Of a stretch of 64,000 bases of DNA, positions 27,213-37,309 are shown one piece after another (the stretch's first letter is position 1; each line of letters starts with the position of its first letter). The stretch covers positions 190 through 64,189 of the forward strand of contig JBHEPI010000135.1 in assembly GCA_046260345.1 (NCBI GenBank). Reading direction: 5' to 3'. The DNA is from Marinobacter sp. GTDB lineage: Bacteria; Pseudomonadota; Gammaproteobacteria; Pseudomonadales; Oleiphilaceae. The notes below the pieces were generated by a model, which worked only from the letters and a program-made list of their open reading frames with translations, did not search any database and was not told the DNA's origin. A program made the translations under genes and the position numbers.

Positions 27213-28769
27213 ATGACCGCGAAATCTCCGTCCGCCCCGAGGGCAAAATCCAGTGCTCTGGCTGACAGCGATCCGGTAGTGCTGGTGCTTACTATCGGCT
27301 TTATTCTGCTGTTCGTTGGCGCCTCGATTATGAACAGCAATTACGTCGCTGACCTCATCGGCAGTGGCTTTGCCTGGACAGCGACCTATCTGGGGACCTT
27401 CTTCCAGCTTTTGCTGTTACTGACATTTTTCATCGCAATTGGCACGGCGCTCAGCCGCGCAGGAGCAGCACGAATCGGCGATCTTGACCGACCGGAAATC
27501 GGACGGTTCCGCTGGCTGTCGATGATCATGTGCACCCTGCTGGCAGGAGGCGGTGTGTTTTTTGCCGCGGGCGAGCCGGTTTATCATTTCGTGGTGACGC
27601 CACCGGCCTTTGATACCGAGGCAGGCACCGCGGCTGCCGTAGCGCCAGCCATGGCCCAGTCGTTCACCCACTGGGGATTCCTCGCCTGGGCGGTGTTAGG
27701 GTCTTTGACGGCCCTCGTGCTCACCCGGGCCCATTACGGCCAGGGCAAGCCTCTTCAGCCACGAACTTTGTTGTACCCGGTGTTTGGTGAGAAGGTGATT
27801 CAGGGCCGCCTTGGCGGGGTGATCGATGCTTTCTGTGTGATTGCGGTGGTGGCAGGCACCGTTGGCCCGATCGGATTCCTGGCGACCCAGATGAGTTTTG
27901 GTTTGCATGAGCTGTTTGGCGTGTCTGATGGCTACGGTACACAACTGACGGTGCTGGTCATTCTTGCTGGTGTTTACATGACATCCGCCATGACGGGATT
28001 GCACAAAGGGATTCAGCTTCTCAGCCGCTTTAACGTGCTGTTGGCGTTGGCTATTGCAGCCGTGATTTTCATTTTTGGCCCAACGTTGTTCCTGGCCAAT
28101 ACTTACATCCAGTCCATGGGTGAATATGCAACCTCCTTTTTTGCCATGGCGACCATGACGGCCGAGATTGCGCCTGAATGGTGGATGAAATGGTGGACGG
28201 TGTTTTTCTTTGCCTGGTTTATTGGTTACACGCCTCTGATGGCAGTCTTCGTCTCACGGATTTCCCGTGGGCGGACGGTGCGGGAAATGATTCTGGCGGT
28301 GGCCCTGCTGGCACCGATAGCCACCACTATCTGGTTTACCCTGCTCGGTGGTTCCGGCATTTACCATCAGCTGGCGGGCACATTCGACCTTACCGACGCA
28401 CTGAACAATTTCCGTTTTGACGTTGCCACTCTGACGGTGGCTCAGGCACTGCCTGGTGGTACCTGGATGGCGGCGGCGATTCTGCTGCTTACAACCATAT
28501 TCGTTGCCACCACGGGCGACTCCATGAGTTATGCCATTGCCATGGTTGGTGCCGGCCACGATGAGCCAAGCCCCTGGATTCGGGTATTCTGGGGTGGTGC
28601 CATGGCACTGATGGCGGCCATTCTTCTTTATATGGGAGCGGGGCAGATCGGGGTGTTGCAGCAATTCATTGTAATGACGGCGATACCCGTATCGCTGATT
28701 ATCCTGCCTTCACTCTGGACGGGGCCCAAAGCGGCCATGGCAATGGCACGGGAACAGGGGCTGGTGTAG
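27213..28769 (+). CDS. BCCT family transporter
   Basis: HWGFLAW, WWTVFFFAWFIGY.P, RISRGRTVRE motifs; about 12 TM segments. Confidence 0.93.
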   Translation: MTAKSPSAPRAKSSALADSDPVVLVLTIGFILLFVGASIMNSNYVADLIGSGFAWTATYLGTFFQLLLLLTFFIAIGTALSRAGAARIGDLDRPEIGRFRWLSMIMCTLLAGGGVFFAAGEPVYHFVVTPPAFDTEAGTAAAVAPAMAQSFTHWGFLAWAVLGSLTALVLTRAHYGQGKPLQPRTLLYPVFGEKVIQGRLGGVIDAFCVIAVVAGTVGPIGFLATQMSFGLHELFGVSDGYGTQLTVLVILAGVYMTSAMTGLHKGIQLLSRFNVLLALAIAAVIFIFGPTLFLANTYIQSMGEYATSFFAMATMTAEIAPEWWMKWWTVFFFAWFIGYTPLMAVFVSRISRGRTVREMILAVALLAPIATTIWFTLLGGSGIYHQLAGTFDLTDALNNFRFDVATLTVAQALPGGTWMAAAILLLTTIFVATTGDSMSYAIAMVGAGHDEPSPWIRVFWGGAMALMAAILLYMGAGQIGVLQQFIVMTAIPVSLIILPSLWTGPKAAMAMAREQGLV

Positions 28770-28824
28770 TCTCTTTGTCAGACTGTTTGCCAATACAATC
28801 TGACACTTCAAGGATATATCGGGT

Positions 28825-28914
28825 ATGCCCATACAAACCGTTTGGATTGCGGGAGCGTCCGCCGGCATCGGCGAGGTGTGCGAGGATATTGCTGGCGGCA
28901 TGGGTTTAGTGTGA
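28825..28914 (+). pseudogene. Remnant of an SDR oxidoreductase gene (N-terminus only)
   Basis: MPIQTVWIAGASAGIGE matches the SDR start TVWITGASSGIG, then a stop after 29 aa. Confidence 0.55.
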
Positions 28915-28920
28915 TCAATC

Positions 28921-30693
28921 ATGATTCGCACCGCGATGTTGGAAAGCAGCGTGTCATCCGGGGTGTTCTCGCGCAGGCCGCGTTGCGGTTCGGGAGCTTT
29001 CAGGTGGCTGCTTCTCGTTAGTGGATTATTCCTGGTCAGCCCGGCTGCAGGTGCCGAACCAAGTACGGATCAATGTATCGCCAGCAACGTTCAGCCAGAA
29101 TCTATCGACCTTGACCAGCCCCGGGACCAGTTGGCACGCCAGAGTGACCTGGTAATCCCTGAGGGGGCCCGCATTGGCCGGGTCCGCATTGTTCGTCGCC
29201 CCATTTTTGATGTCAGTGATCCGGAACAGGACAATTTTCTCTATCGCACCCTGAATGCGCTGAATACGCCCACCTGGGCGTCGGCTTTGCGTGCCCAACT
29301 GGTGTTCAACGAAGGGGATCCCTACGACCCGGCCCTGATTGCCGAGTCCGAGCGCGTCCTACGCCAGCGCGAGTACCTGACGGCCGCCTGGGTCGGCGTG
29401 ACGCGTGTCTGTGGGGATGAATTGGAGGTGAGCGTTCTGGCGCGGGACACCTGGACGCTGCTGCCCACTGTCGGGGGATCGCGGTCCGGTGGCGAGAACA
29501 CCACCAACACCGGCCTTTCCGACCCGAATTTTCTGGGCTCCGGAAAAAGCGCAGGTATTTCCTACACGAAAGATCCCGACCGCTCCGAAACCAGTGTCTA
29601 TTATGACGACCCTAATGTCCTTGGGTCCCATTGGCAGAGCGGATTTGCCTACGATGACCGCAGCGATGGGCGTGGCCGCAGCGCTTACCTGGAGCGCCCG
29701 TTTTTCAGCCAAAGTGCTGACTGGCGGTTTGGATTGAGCGGCATAGACGACGTGCGTGAACAATCCCGTTTTGTGGGTGCTGAGGCCATCGCTGATTACC
29801 GTCGTAGCCAGAAGTTTGTTGGGGTTGATGCAGGATGGCGGCTGTTGGAACGCAATGACCGGCTGTTTCGGCTGCTTGCCGGCTACCGTTTCGATGCCCT
29901 GGAGTTTGAACGCCTGCCGGATGAGCCAGATCTTGATTTGCTGCCAGAGGACCGGACGTTGAGTTATCCATGGATCGGCTTTGACTATCGCGAAAACCGC
30001 TTCCGGGAGATGACAAACCTGACCCAGTTGCAGCGGGTAGAGGATGTCCGGGATGGGTCTGTGTGGCGTACCGAACTTGGTTATTCATCGTCTGGTCTGG
30101 GCGCCACAGAAGATCGCGTGGTGCTGAATATGGAGTTTCAGGATGCGCTACTGGCCACCGCAACCAATTACGCCCGATACGGCATCAGCCAGAGCGGGAA
30201 CTATCGGCTGGACGATAACCGCTTCGAAAATCTTCAGGGAACACTCAGTCTGGAGTACTTTCATGGCGGGTCGGTGCGCTGGAATAGTTGGTACACCAAT
30301 CTGTCCGTCACCGCAGCCCATAACCTGACCGTCGACCAGCAACTTTTGATTGGCGGTGAGAATGGCCTCCGAGGTTATCCGAGCGAATACCAGCAGGGTA
30401 ACCGGCGGGCGCTATGGACGCTGGAGCGCCGATTTTTCCCGGACTGGCACCCATACAAACTATTTCGGCTGGGTGGGGTGATATTCACTGATGTGGGACG
30501 AGCCTGGTTCGACGATGGCCGCAACAATGGACCGGACGATGGGGTGCTGAAAGATATAGGATTCGGCCTGAGGCTGGCCTCAAGCCGGATTGAAGTGCAG
30601 CGGATGCTCCACCTGGACTTCGCTTTCCCGCTGGATGGTGATGACAGTATTGATCAGGTGCAGGTGTTGTTGCGGGGACGATCGAATTTCTAG
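28921..30693 (+). CDS. Omp85/BamA-TamA superfamily outer-membrane protein
   Basis: Signal peptide, POTRA-like ESERVLR, DPNFLGSG, GLRGY, F.DVG, G.GLR, C-terminal Phe. Confidence 0.85.
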   Translation: MIRTAMLESSVSSGVFSRRPRCGSGAFRWLLLVSGLFLVSPAAGAEPSTDQCIASNVQPESIDLDQPRDQLARQSDLVIPEGARIGRVRIVRRPIFDVSDPEQDNFLYRTLNALNTPTWASALRAQLVFNEGDPYDPALIAESERVLRQREYLTAAWVGVTRVCGDELEVSVLARDTWTLLPTVGGSRSGGENTTNTGLSDPNFLGSGKSAGISYTKDPDRSETSVYYDDPNVLGSHWQSGFAYDDRSDGRGRSAYLERPFFSQSADWRFGLSGIDDVREQSRFVGAEAIADYRRSQKFVGVDAGWRLLERNDRLFRLLAGYRFDALEFERLPDEPDLDLLPEDRTLSYPWIGFDYRENRFREMTNLTQLQRVEDVRDGSVWRTELGYSSSGLGATEDRVVLNMEFQDALLATATNYARYGISQSGNYRLDDNRFENLQGTLSLEYFHGGSVRWNSWYTNLSVTAAHNLTVDQQLLIGGENGLRGYPSEYQQGNRRALWTLERRFFPDWHPYKLFRLGGVIFTDVGRAWFDDGRNNGPDDGVLKDIGFGLRLASSRIEVQRMLHLDFAFPLDGDDSIDQVQVLLRGRSNF

Positions 30694-30747
30694 CAAATGA
30701 TATTCCCGCAACGAGCAAGAGGGTTTCCCGGTCGCGAATTTTGAGCC

Positions 30748-30891
30748 CTAGAAGGAATGCCCCAGCAATCCCAGAACACCGAGGATGATCAGGTAGCCCG
30801 CTACGATGTAATTGAGCAGTTTTGGAAATATCAGTATGCCAATGCCTGCGCCCAGGCTGATCAGAGGTGCAAGTTCAAGATGAAGTGTCAT
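30748..30891 (-). CDS. DUF3096 small membrane protein (47 aa, absent from ORF track)
   Basis: Hand translation MTLHLELAPLISLGAGIGILIFPKLLNYIVAGYLIILGVLGLLGHSF; GGAG RBS. Confidence 0.88.
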   Translation of the reverse strand: MTLHLELAPLISLGAGIGILIFPKLLNYIVAGYLIILGVLGLLGHSF

Positions 30892-31040
30892 ACGGCGGGT
30901 CTCCATTAATGATTACCGATTTCCTGCAGAGCGCGTTTATGGAATCATACTCCGCGGCTCATATAAGAACTTTGAGTACGAGAGTTTAGCAGGTAAGCGT
31001 GGCGCACAACCTTTCTGAAGTATGAACGTTGGTGAATACG

Positions 31041-31424
31041 ATGAACAATGACGAATTGAGCCAGATCCTCGAACTGGATGGCGAGGAGCGATATGACTAC
31101 TTTCTGAGCCTTGTTGGCGAGGAGCGGGAAATCTGGATTCTGGTAAATGCGGATAACCGTTTCCTGAAAATCGAGTCGGAAAATGGCGATATTGCTCATT
31201 TACCTGTTTGGCCCGGCTCGGCCTTTGCTGCCGAGTATGCAAAGGACTCGGATGATCTATCGCCGAAAAGCATCTCGCTGCCCGACTTTTTCAGGAAATG
31301 GGTGCCGGGCCTCACCAAAGACGGCTTGCAGGTGGGGGTGTTCCCGGGGCGCGATGACACCCTGTGGATCACCGAGCCGGAGGAATTGAAGCGCGACTTG
31401 CAGGACGAGATGTCGAACTTTTGA
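31041..31424 (+). CDS. DUF2750 domain protein
   Basis: ERYDYF, IWIL, PVWP...FA, F...WVPGL..DG..VGVFP. Confidence 0.85.
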   Translation: MNNDELSQILELDGEERYDYFLSLVGEEREIWILVNADNRFLKIESENGDIAHLPVWPGSAFAAEYAKDSDDLSPKSISLPDFFRKWVPGLTKDGLQVGVFPGRDDTLWITEPEELKRDLQDEMSNF

Positions 31425-31523
31425 GCAGGGATAAGCACGGCGAGCTCAAGAGGGTGGCTAGTTCGGGTAGAAGGTGGCAAAGTTCACCACCTCAAAAGAC
31501 AACTTCAGCAAGAGGATGTTCCG

Positions 31524-32222
31524 GTGACGGACCTTGTAAATTACCAATTGGAAGATGGCGTAGCCACGATCACTATCAGTAACGGCAAGGCCAATGCGCT
31601 CAGCCACGACGTGTTTGAGGCGTTGGATCACGCCCTGGACCGCGCTGAGGAAGACAAGGCCGTGGTCATCCTGACCGGGCAGCCGGGTATTTTCTCCGGT
31701 GGCTATGACCTGAAAGAAATGCAGAAAGGTCCGAAGGAGGCCTCTGCGCTGGTCACCGTCGGGTCAAAGTTTACGCGTCGTCTGGCTGCATTTCCGCTGC
31801 CAGTCATTGGTGCCTGCAGCGGGCATGCAATTGCCAAGGGAGCCTTTATCCTGCTGTCGGTGGATTACCGCATCGGCATTGAAGGAGATTTCAAACTGGG
31901 CCTCAACGAGGTGGCCATCGGTATGACCATGCACCATGCCGGTATCGAGATCGCCCGTCATCGTCTGTCGCCTGGTCACTTCTATCGCTCCGTGGTTAAT
32001 GCGGAAATCTTTAACCCGGCTGATGCGGTTCAGGCCGGCTTCCTGGATGAAATTGCTGCACCTGAGCAGCTCAGGGCACGGGCGAATGAAGTGGCGCAGC
32101 AGTTCAGGAAACTCAACATGACGGCCCACAAACAAACCAAGCGCAAGGCCAAGGCCGAATATCTGGAACTGCTGGATGACTGTATCCTTAAGGATGCGGA
32201 GCATCTTGGTCTGATGGCGTAA
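31524..32222 (+). CDS. Crotonase/enoyl-CoA hydratase family protein
   Basis: GKANALS, FSGGYDL, GHAIAKG, LNEVAIG. Confidence 0.9.
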   Translation: MTDLVNYQLEDGVATITISNGKANALSHDVFEALDHALDRAEEDKAVVILTGQPGIFSGGYDLKEMQKGPKEASALVTVGSKFTRRLAAFPLPVIGACSGHAIAKGAFILLSVDYRIGIEGDFKLGLNEVAIGMTMHHAGIEIARHRLSPGHFYRSVVNAEIFNPADAVQAGFLDEIAAPEQLRARANEVAQQFRKLNMTAHKQTKRKAKAEYLELLDDCILKDAEHLGLMA

Positions 32223-32279
32223 TCACTCAGGGCCTGATTAACCGTTTATATTTCACTTTTTGTCACGGAATCAGAAGCA

Positions 32280-32846
32280 ATGCCAAAAGCAGGTGAAATC
32301 AAGAAGAATTCGGCGGTTGAGTACGAAGGTAGCGTGTACTTCGTAAAGGATATCGAGCGGTCAGTTCCGCAGGGGCGGGCCGGTGGCAGCCTCTATCGCA
32401 TGCGCCTTTACGATGTTGTGACCGGGTACAAGATCGACCAGACGTTCAAGGATTCGGACATGCTGAACCTTGCGGATCTGGTACGCCGGCCCGCAAGCTT
32501 TTCCTATTCCGATGGCGACGAATACGTCTTCATGGATACCGAGGACTACACCCAGTACAGTCTGAATCGTGAAGCCATTGCGGAAGAACTCTTGTTCATT
32601 GACGAGGAAACCCAGGGCTTGATGGTGATATTGGTCAGCGACGCGCCAGTGGCTCTCGACCTGCCCCCGACGGTGGATCTTGTCATTGAGGAAACCGATC
32701 CCTCCGTCAAAGGCGGCTCTGCAACTGCAAGAACCAAGCCTGCCAGGTTTGCTACAGGGCTGGTTATCCAGGTTCCGGAGCATATTTCCACAGGTGATCG
32801 CATCAAGATCAATGTGGAAGAGCGACGGTTTCTGGGGCGGGCCTGA
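32280..32846 (+). CDS. yeiP: Elongation factor P-like protein EfpL/YeiP
   Basis: EF-P architecture with an Arg loop (PQGRAG), [17 protein letters not shown]. Confidence 0.92.
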   Translation: MPKAGEIKKNSAVEYEGSVYFVKDIERSVPQGRAGGSLYRMRLYDVVTGYKIDQTFKDSDMLNLADLVRRPASFSYSDGDEYVFMDTEDYTQYSLNREAIAEELLFIDEETQGLMVILVSDAPVALDLPPTVDLVIEETDPSVKGGSATARTKPARFATGLVIQVPEHISTGDRIKINVEERRFLGRA

Positions 32847-32855
32847 CCCGCAGAT

Positions 32856-33794
32856 TCACCGGAAGGTTTTCAGAAATTGCCGGTGCTTTCGCAGCGCGCT
32901 GTCGATACCGGCAGCTCTCAGTCGCACGGTCTGTCCCGGCATGCATTGAGCAAGTCGACTGGCAGCCAGAGGTGTCAGATTACCCAGTCGCGGGTAGCCG
33001 CCAATGGTCTGCCGGTCATTCAGTAGCGCAATGGGCTGGCCATCCGGCGGCACCTGAACAGCGCCCAGTGAAATGCCTTCCGATACCATGGACGTTATGC
33101 TGCAATGCAATGTCGGGCCGGTCAGCCTGACCCCCATGCGGTCTGCGCGCTGATCCACCTGCCATTCGGCATTGAAGGCATTGAACAGGCTTTTGCCGGT
33201 GAAGGCGGCAACCTGGGCACCGGGGATCAGGTCCAGCGTTACCGCAGCCCGGTAATCCGGTTGGTCTGATTCAGGTGCGGCCTGCTCCGCTGGCTGTGGC
33301 GCATTGTCTCCGATGTCCAACACATCGTTTTCCCGAACACTGTTGCCCCGGCCATCGAATCCTCCGAGTTGCTCCCTCGCCACGCAGGCCACACTGCCCA
33401 GTACCGAATCTGTGCTGAAGCCGCCGGCCACAGCGAGATAGGCGCGCAGACCATTGGCGGGCGTGCCGAAGGTCAGTGTATCGCCTGCCGACAGGGTCAG
33501 GGTTTGCCAGCGGGGCACTGCCTGTCGGTTGAGCCTGGTGCCGAGATCGGCGCCGGTGACAGCAATGACCATATCCCGTTCCGCCACCAGCACCAGACCG
33601 CCAAAGGTAATCTCCAGTGCCGGAGCACCCCAGGTATTGCCTGCCAGATGATTGGCCCAGGCCCAGGCGTGAAGGTCGGCGGGGCCGCCCTGGGTGACGC
33701 CAAGATGGCGAACCCCGAAGCGTCCGGAATCCTGCAACAGTGCCAGCGGACCGGCGCGGGTTACGCGAAATCCGGGCGTTGGCGCAGAGATCAT
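32856..33794 (-). CDS. pxpC: 5-oxoprolinase subunit C
   Basis: QDSGRFG, ALEITFGG, RAYLAVAGG, DRMGVRL, QVPPDGQPI, QTIGGYP. Confidence 0.92.
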   Translation of the reverse strand: MISAPTPGFRVTRAGPLALLQDSGRFGVRHLGVTQGGPADLHAWAWANHLAGNTWGAPALEITFGGLVLVAERDMVIAVTGADLGTRLNRQAVPRWQTLTLSAGDTLTFGTPANGLRAYLAVAGGFSTDSVLGSVACVAREQLGGFDGRGNSVRENDVLDIGDNAPQPAEQAAPESDQPDYRAAVTLDLIPGAQVAAFTGKSLFNAFNAEWQVDQRADRMGVRLTGPTLHCSITSMVSEGISLGAVQVPPDGQPIALLNDRQTIGGYPRLGNLTPLAASRLAQCMPGQTVRLRAAGIDSALRKHRQFLKTFR

Positions 33795-34516
33795 TCTGAT
33801 TTCTCCCTTGCTACAGGCGCAGGATCACCGCCCTGATCTTCGAAGGTTGCCTTGTCCACCGCCACAAACTGCACCCGGTCGCCCATTTTCAGCAGACTGA
33901 ATCCGTCACGGTTGCGGTAGAACAGGCGGGCGGCGGTCCGTCCTATCAGATTCCATCCGCCAGGCGTGACCACCGGGTAAGCTGCGGTCTGCTGGCCGGC
34001 GATAGCAACGCTGCCAGCGGGTACCCTGGCGCGTGGGGTGTCCATGCGGGGGCAGACCAGTTTTTCATCAAGCAGCCCCATAAAGGCAAACCCCGGGGCA
34101 AAGCCCAGCGCGAATACCCGGTATTGGTGGTAACTGTGACTGTCGATAACCGCCTGCTCTGTGATGCCAGACAACTCCGCCACCCGCCTCAGGTCGGGGC
34201 CAACGCTGGCGTCGTACCAGGTTGGCAGTTCGTGGAGATCACCTTCGGCACCACTGTCCACCGGGGTGAGACGCGCCAGCACCCCGGTCAGTCGGTTGCG
34301 GGCCTCACAGGGGGTCATCCGGGCCGGATCAAAAACCACCATCAAAGTAGTGTAGGAGGGCACCATATCCACCAGCGCGTCGCCAAAGGCGAACTCGCAA
34401 TCGTGTGTGAGGGCTGTCAGCCACAGCAGGTTTTTCTCCTCTATGGTGTCGAACAGCCTTACCATCCAGGCATCCAGACCCGCACGTTCCAGCGCGGGCA
34501 ACGGCGAGTAGTTCAT
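33791..34516 (-). CDS. pxpB: 5-oxoprolinase subunit B
   Basis: [39 protein letters not shown]. Confidence 0.93.
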   Translation of the reverse strand: MNYSPLPALERAGLDAWMVRLFDTIEEKNLLWLTALTHDCEFAFGDALVDMVPSYTTLMVVFDPARMTPCEARNRLTGVLARLTPVDSGAEGDLHELPTWYDASVGPDLRRVAELSGITEQAVIDSHSYHQYRVFALGFAPGFAFMGLLDEKLVCPRMDTPRARVPAGSVAIAGQQTAAYPVVTPGGWNLIGRTAARLFYRNRDGFSLLKMGDRVQFVAVDKATFEDQGGDPAPVAREKSE

Positions 34517-35268
34517 GAGGCCTCTTTCAATGCTGTCAGCATCTGGCGAATCGCGCGAACTGACGCCACCGACTCCTCGTTATCCCCGTGCACGCACAGG
34601 GTGTCGGCGGTCAGGATCAGCTCACTGCCATCGCTGGCCGCCAGTGGCTGGCCGGTGGCGATGCGTTTGGCCTGATCAATGATGGTGGCGGGGTCGTGGT
34701 GAACGGCGCCCGGCTGAGAGCGGGAGACGAGCCGCCCTTCACTGTCGTAAGCGCGATCGGCAAAGGCTTCAAACCAGAGGGTGATGCCATGCCGCTCTGC
34801 CAACTCGCTCATGGCTGAGGTGTCCCGTGTTGCCAGCGTCATCAACGGCAGGTCTGGTTTGTATGCCAGAATCGCACGGGCAACCGCGGTAAAGATCTCC
34901 GGGTGACGGGCCATATCGTTGTACAGTGCGCCGTGGGGCTTCACGTAGCGGAGTTCGATGCCCTCGGCGTGACACATGGCAGCGAGAGCTCCCACCTGAT
35001 AGAGCACCAGGTTTTCGATTTCTTCCGCTGAGCAGGCCACAGAGCGACGACCAAAGCCGACCAGATCCGGGTAGGCAGGATGCGCGCCAATACCCACGGA
35101 ATGTTCCGCTGCCATTCGCACGGTGCGGCGCATGACATCCGGATCGGAGGCATGAAAGCCACAGGCGATGTTGGCAAGATCCACGTGTGGCATTACCTGG
35201 TGATCCAGCCCCATTACCCAGGGGCCAAAGCTTTCGCCCATGTCCGCATTTAATAGTAAAGAAGTCAT
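34513..35268 (-). CDS. pxpA: 5-oxoprolinase subunit A (LamB/YcsF)
   Basis: [40 protein letters not shown]. Confidence 0.95.
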   Translation of the reverse strand: MTSLLLNADMGESFGPWVMGLDHQVMPHVDLANIACGFHASDPDVMRRTVRMAAEHSVGIGAHPAYPDLVGFGRRSVACSAEEIENLVLYQVGALAAMCHAEGIELRYVKPHGALYNDMARHPEIFTAVARAILAYKPDLPLMTLATRDTSAMSELAERHGITLWFEAFADRAYDSEGRLVSRSQPGAVHHDPATIIDQAKRIATGQPLAASDGSELILTADTLCVHGDNEESVASVRAIRQMLTALKEAS

Positions 35269-35307
35269 GATGTCCTCTCTGTCATGGCTAATGACATGTG
35301 TTCTGGC

Positions 35308-36474
35308 TCAAAAAATGTTTGAGCGCTCATACTGCTTGGGCCACTCGACATTTTCGGCTTTCAGCGCTGCGGCCGCACGCAATGGCCACGCCGGGTCCGA
35401 CAGCAGTGCGCGCCCCAGAATCACCAGATCGGCCTGGCCGTTGGCAATAACGGACTCGGCAAGATCGGGGCTGTGGATGAGGCCGACTGCGCCGGTGGCA
35501 ATGTCCGCGCGCGAACGTACCGACTGTGCAAGCGGTATCTGGTATCCCGGGTGAATCGGGATTTGCTGGCGGGGGTCATTGCCTCCTGACGAACAGTCTA
35601 TCAGGTCCACATCGCCCTGGAATCGAAGCAGGGTCGCCAGCCGCACCGTGTCGTCGAGGGTCCAGCCGCCTTCGACCCAATCTGTGCAGGACAGCCGCAG
35701 GAACAGTGGCAGGTCGTCTGGCCACTCCTCTCGGACCACTGAAATGGATTCCTGCAGGAAGCGAATACGATTTTCAAAGGAGCCGCCGTATGCATCAGTG
35801 CGCTGGTTGCTCAGCGGAGACAGGAACTGGTGAATCAGATAGCCATGGGCACCGTGTAGTTCCAGCGCCCGGAATCCGGCTTCCCGTGCACGGCGGGTGG
35901 CGGATTTCAGCGACTGCAGGGATTCGGAGATCTCGCCGCACGACATCGCTGCCGGTACTTGCCAGCCATTGGCGTAGGGGAGGGCTGATGCGGATACCAG
36001 GTCTTCCCAGCCGCCGGTGTCTGCCCGCAGGGGATGGGACCCTTCCCAGGGGCGGCCAACCGACGCTTTGCGTCCGGCATGGCCGAGTTGAATGCCGGCT
36101 ACGGCACCCTGGCCCGAGACGTAATGGGCAATACGCGCCAGCCGGTCTCGCTGCTCATCATTCCACAGGCCAAGGCAATGCGGGGTGATTCGCCCCCGGG
36201 GTTCGATGTGCACGGCTTCGGTAAACACCCAGCCCGCGCCACCGGCTGCTCGTGCACCCAGGTGAACAAAGTGCCAGTCATTGGCGAGCCCGTCCTCACC
36301 GGAATACTGGCACATGGGTGAGAGCATGATGCGGTTGCGCGCCTCGACCGAACGGAAACGGATCGGCCGGAACATGTGCGGATTCGGGTCGCGACGGAGA
36401 ATGCGGCGGGCGTTTTCCCCTCCGGAACGGGAATCGCTAATGGATGCGTCCGACATTGTGTTTTCTTCAGTCAC
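35308..36474 (-). CDS. NADH:flavin oxidoreductase, Old Yellow Enzyme (YqjM/XenA-like)
   Basis: SPMCQYS, QLGHAGRKAS, HGAHGYL, R.D.YGGS.ENR; start GTG 36474 or ATG 36456. Confidence 0.93.
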   Translation of the reverse strand: MTEENTMSDASISDSRSGGENARRILRRDPNPHMFRPIRFRSVEARNRIMLSPMCQYSGEDGLANDWHFVHLGARAAGGAGWVFTEAVHIEPRGRITPHCLGLWNDEQRDRLARIAHYVSGQGAVAGIQLGHAGRKASVGRPWEGSHPLRADTGGWEDLVSASALPYANGWQVPAAMSCGEISESLQSLKSATRRAREAGFRALELHGAHGYLIHQFLSPLSNQRTDAYGGSFENRIRFLQESISVVREEWPDDLPLFLRLSCTDWVEGGWTLDDTVRLATLLRFQGDVDLIDCSSGGNDPRQQIPIHPGYQIPLAQSVRSRADIATGAVGLIHSPDLAESVIANGQADLVILGRALLSDPAWPLRAAAALKAENVEWPKQYERSNIF

Positions 36475-37304
36475 GGGTGTGATTTCCTCTTGTTGTCGAC
36501 TGGAGCGTCAAGCAAGTGGCCGTAGGTGCGGTGAAGACGCCACTGGCTGACCATGAACAGAGTCGCGCTGACAGCAATGGATGCCAACAGAGCGAAGACA
36601 AACGTGATCATCGGTGGTACGTGGTCGACCAGAACCGACGTTGCCACGGCAAAGGCGACAAGGCTGAGCATGCCTTGCTGTGCTGCAGCTACGGTGGCTC
36701 GTGCTACATCGGCTCCATAACGGTCATGCAGGGTCCACCCGATGGTGAACAGGCCGACGGGAAAGCCCACCAGAATGCCCGAAAGCATGGGGCCAGCGCG
36801 GGCTGCCACTGTAGTGGCGACTGCAACCAGCACACCGGCGAGAAGGCCCCGCAGCACCAGGTCAAACCAACCGGATACGGCCACCACTCTGGGCTGTTTC
36901 AGGGCCAGCATGCGCCTGGTGATGTCCGCTGCGAGTAACACCACGCCATAGATCACCACGGCGGCGGCAACGCCGCCGGGAATGAACGAAAACAGATAGG
37001 CGCCGGGAACCCATATCAGGGTAGCCAGTCCCAGGCTCATGAGGGCGCCCAGTCGTTTGGCGGTCAGTACGAAGCTGATGCTGAACAGCAGGGTGGCAAT
37101 CAGCGCATGGAGAGTGGCCAGTGCTGCGGCCTGGATAAATTCCGCTGGCCACTCCTGCAACATGAAAAAATAGCCCGGGCCGAGAATAATTGGTGTTCCG
37201 GCAATGATGCCGCCCAGCCTCGGCCCCAGTTTGCCAACCGAAACCGACACCAGAATCACCACGACTGCGGTGGCTATGAGCTTGGTCATCAGAACGGTCA
37301 GCAT
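36471..37304 (-). CDS. Uncharacterised polytopic membrane protein with two internal repeats
   Basis: Repeated GPRLGGIIAGTP / GPMLSGILVGFP motif; many TM segments. Confidence 0.75.
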   Translation of the reverse strand: MLTVLMTKLIATAVVVILVSVSVGKLGPRLGGIIAGTPIILGPGYFFMLQEWPAEFIQAAALATLHALIATLLFSISFVLTAKRLGALMSLGLATLIWVPGAYLFSFIPGGVAAAVVIYGVVLLAADITRRMLALKQPRVVAVSGWFDLVLRGLLAGVLVAVATTVAARAGPMLSGILVGFPVGLFTIGWTLHDRYGADVARATVAAAQQGMLSLVAFAVATSVLVDHVPPMITFVFALLASIAVSATLFMVSQWRLHRTYGHLLDAPVDNKRKSHP

Positions 37305-37309
37305 GGTGT

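Noticed and set aside
784-30693. Patatin plus Omp85 as a split type Vd (PlpD-like) system
   Set aside because: The genes are 27 kb apart and the patatin has no signal peptide.
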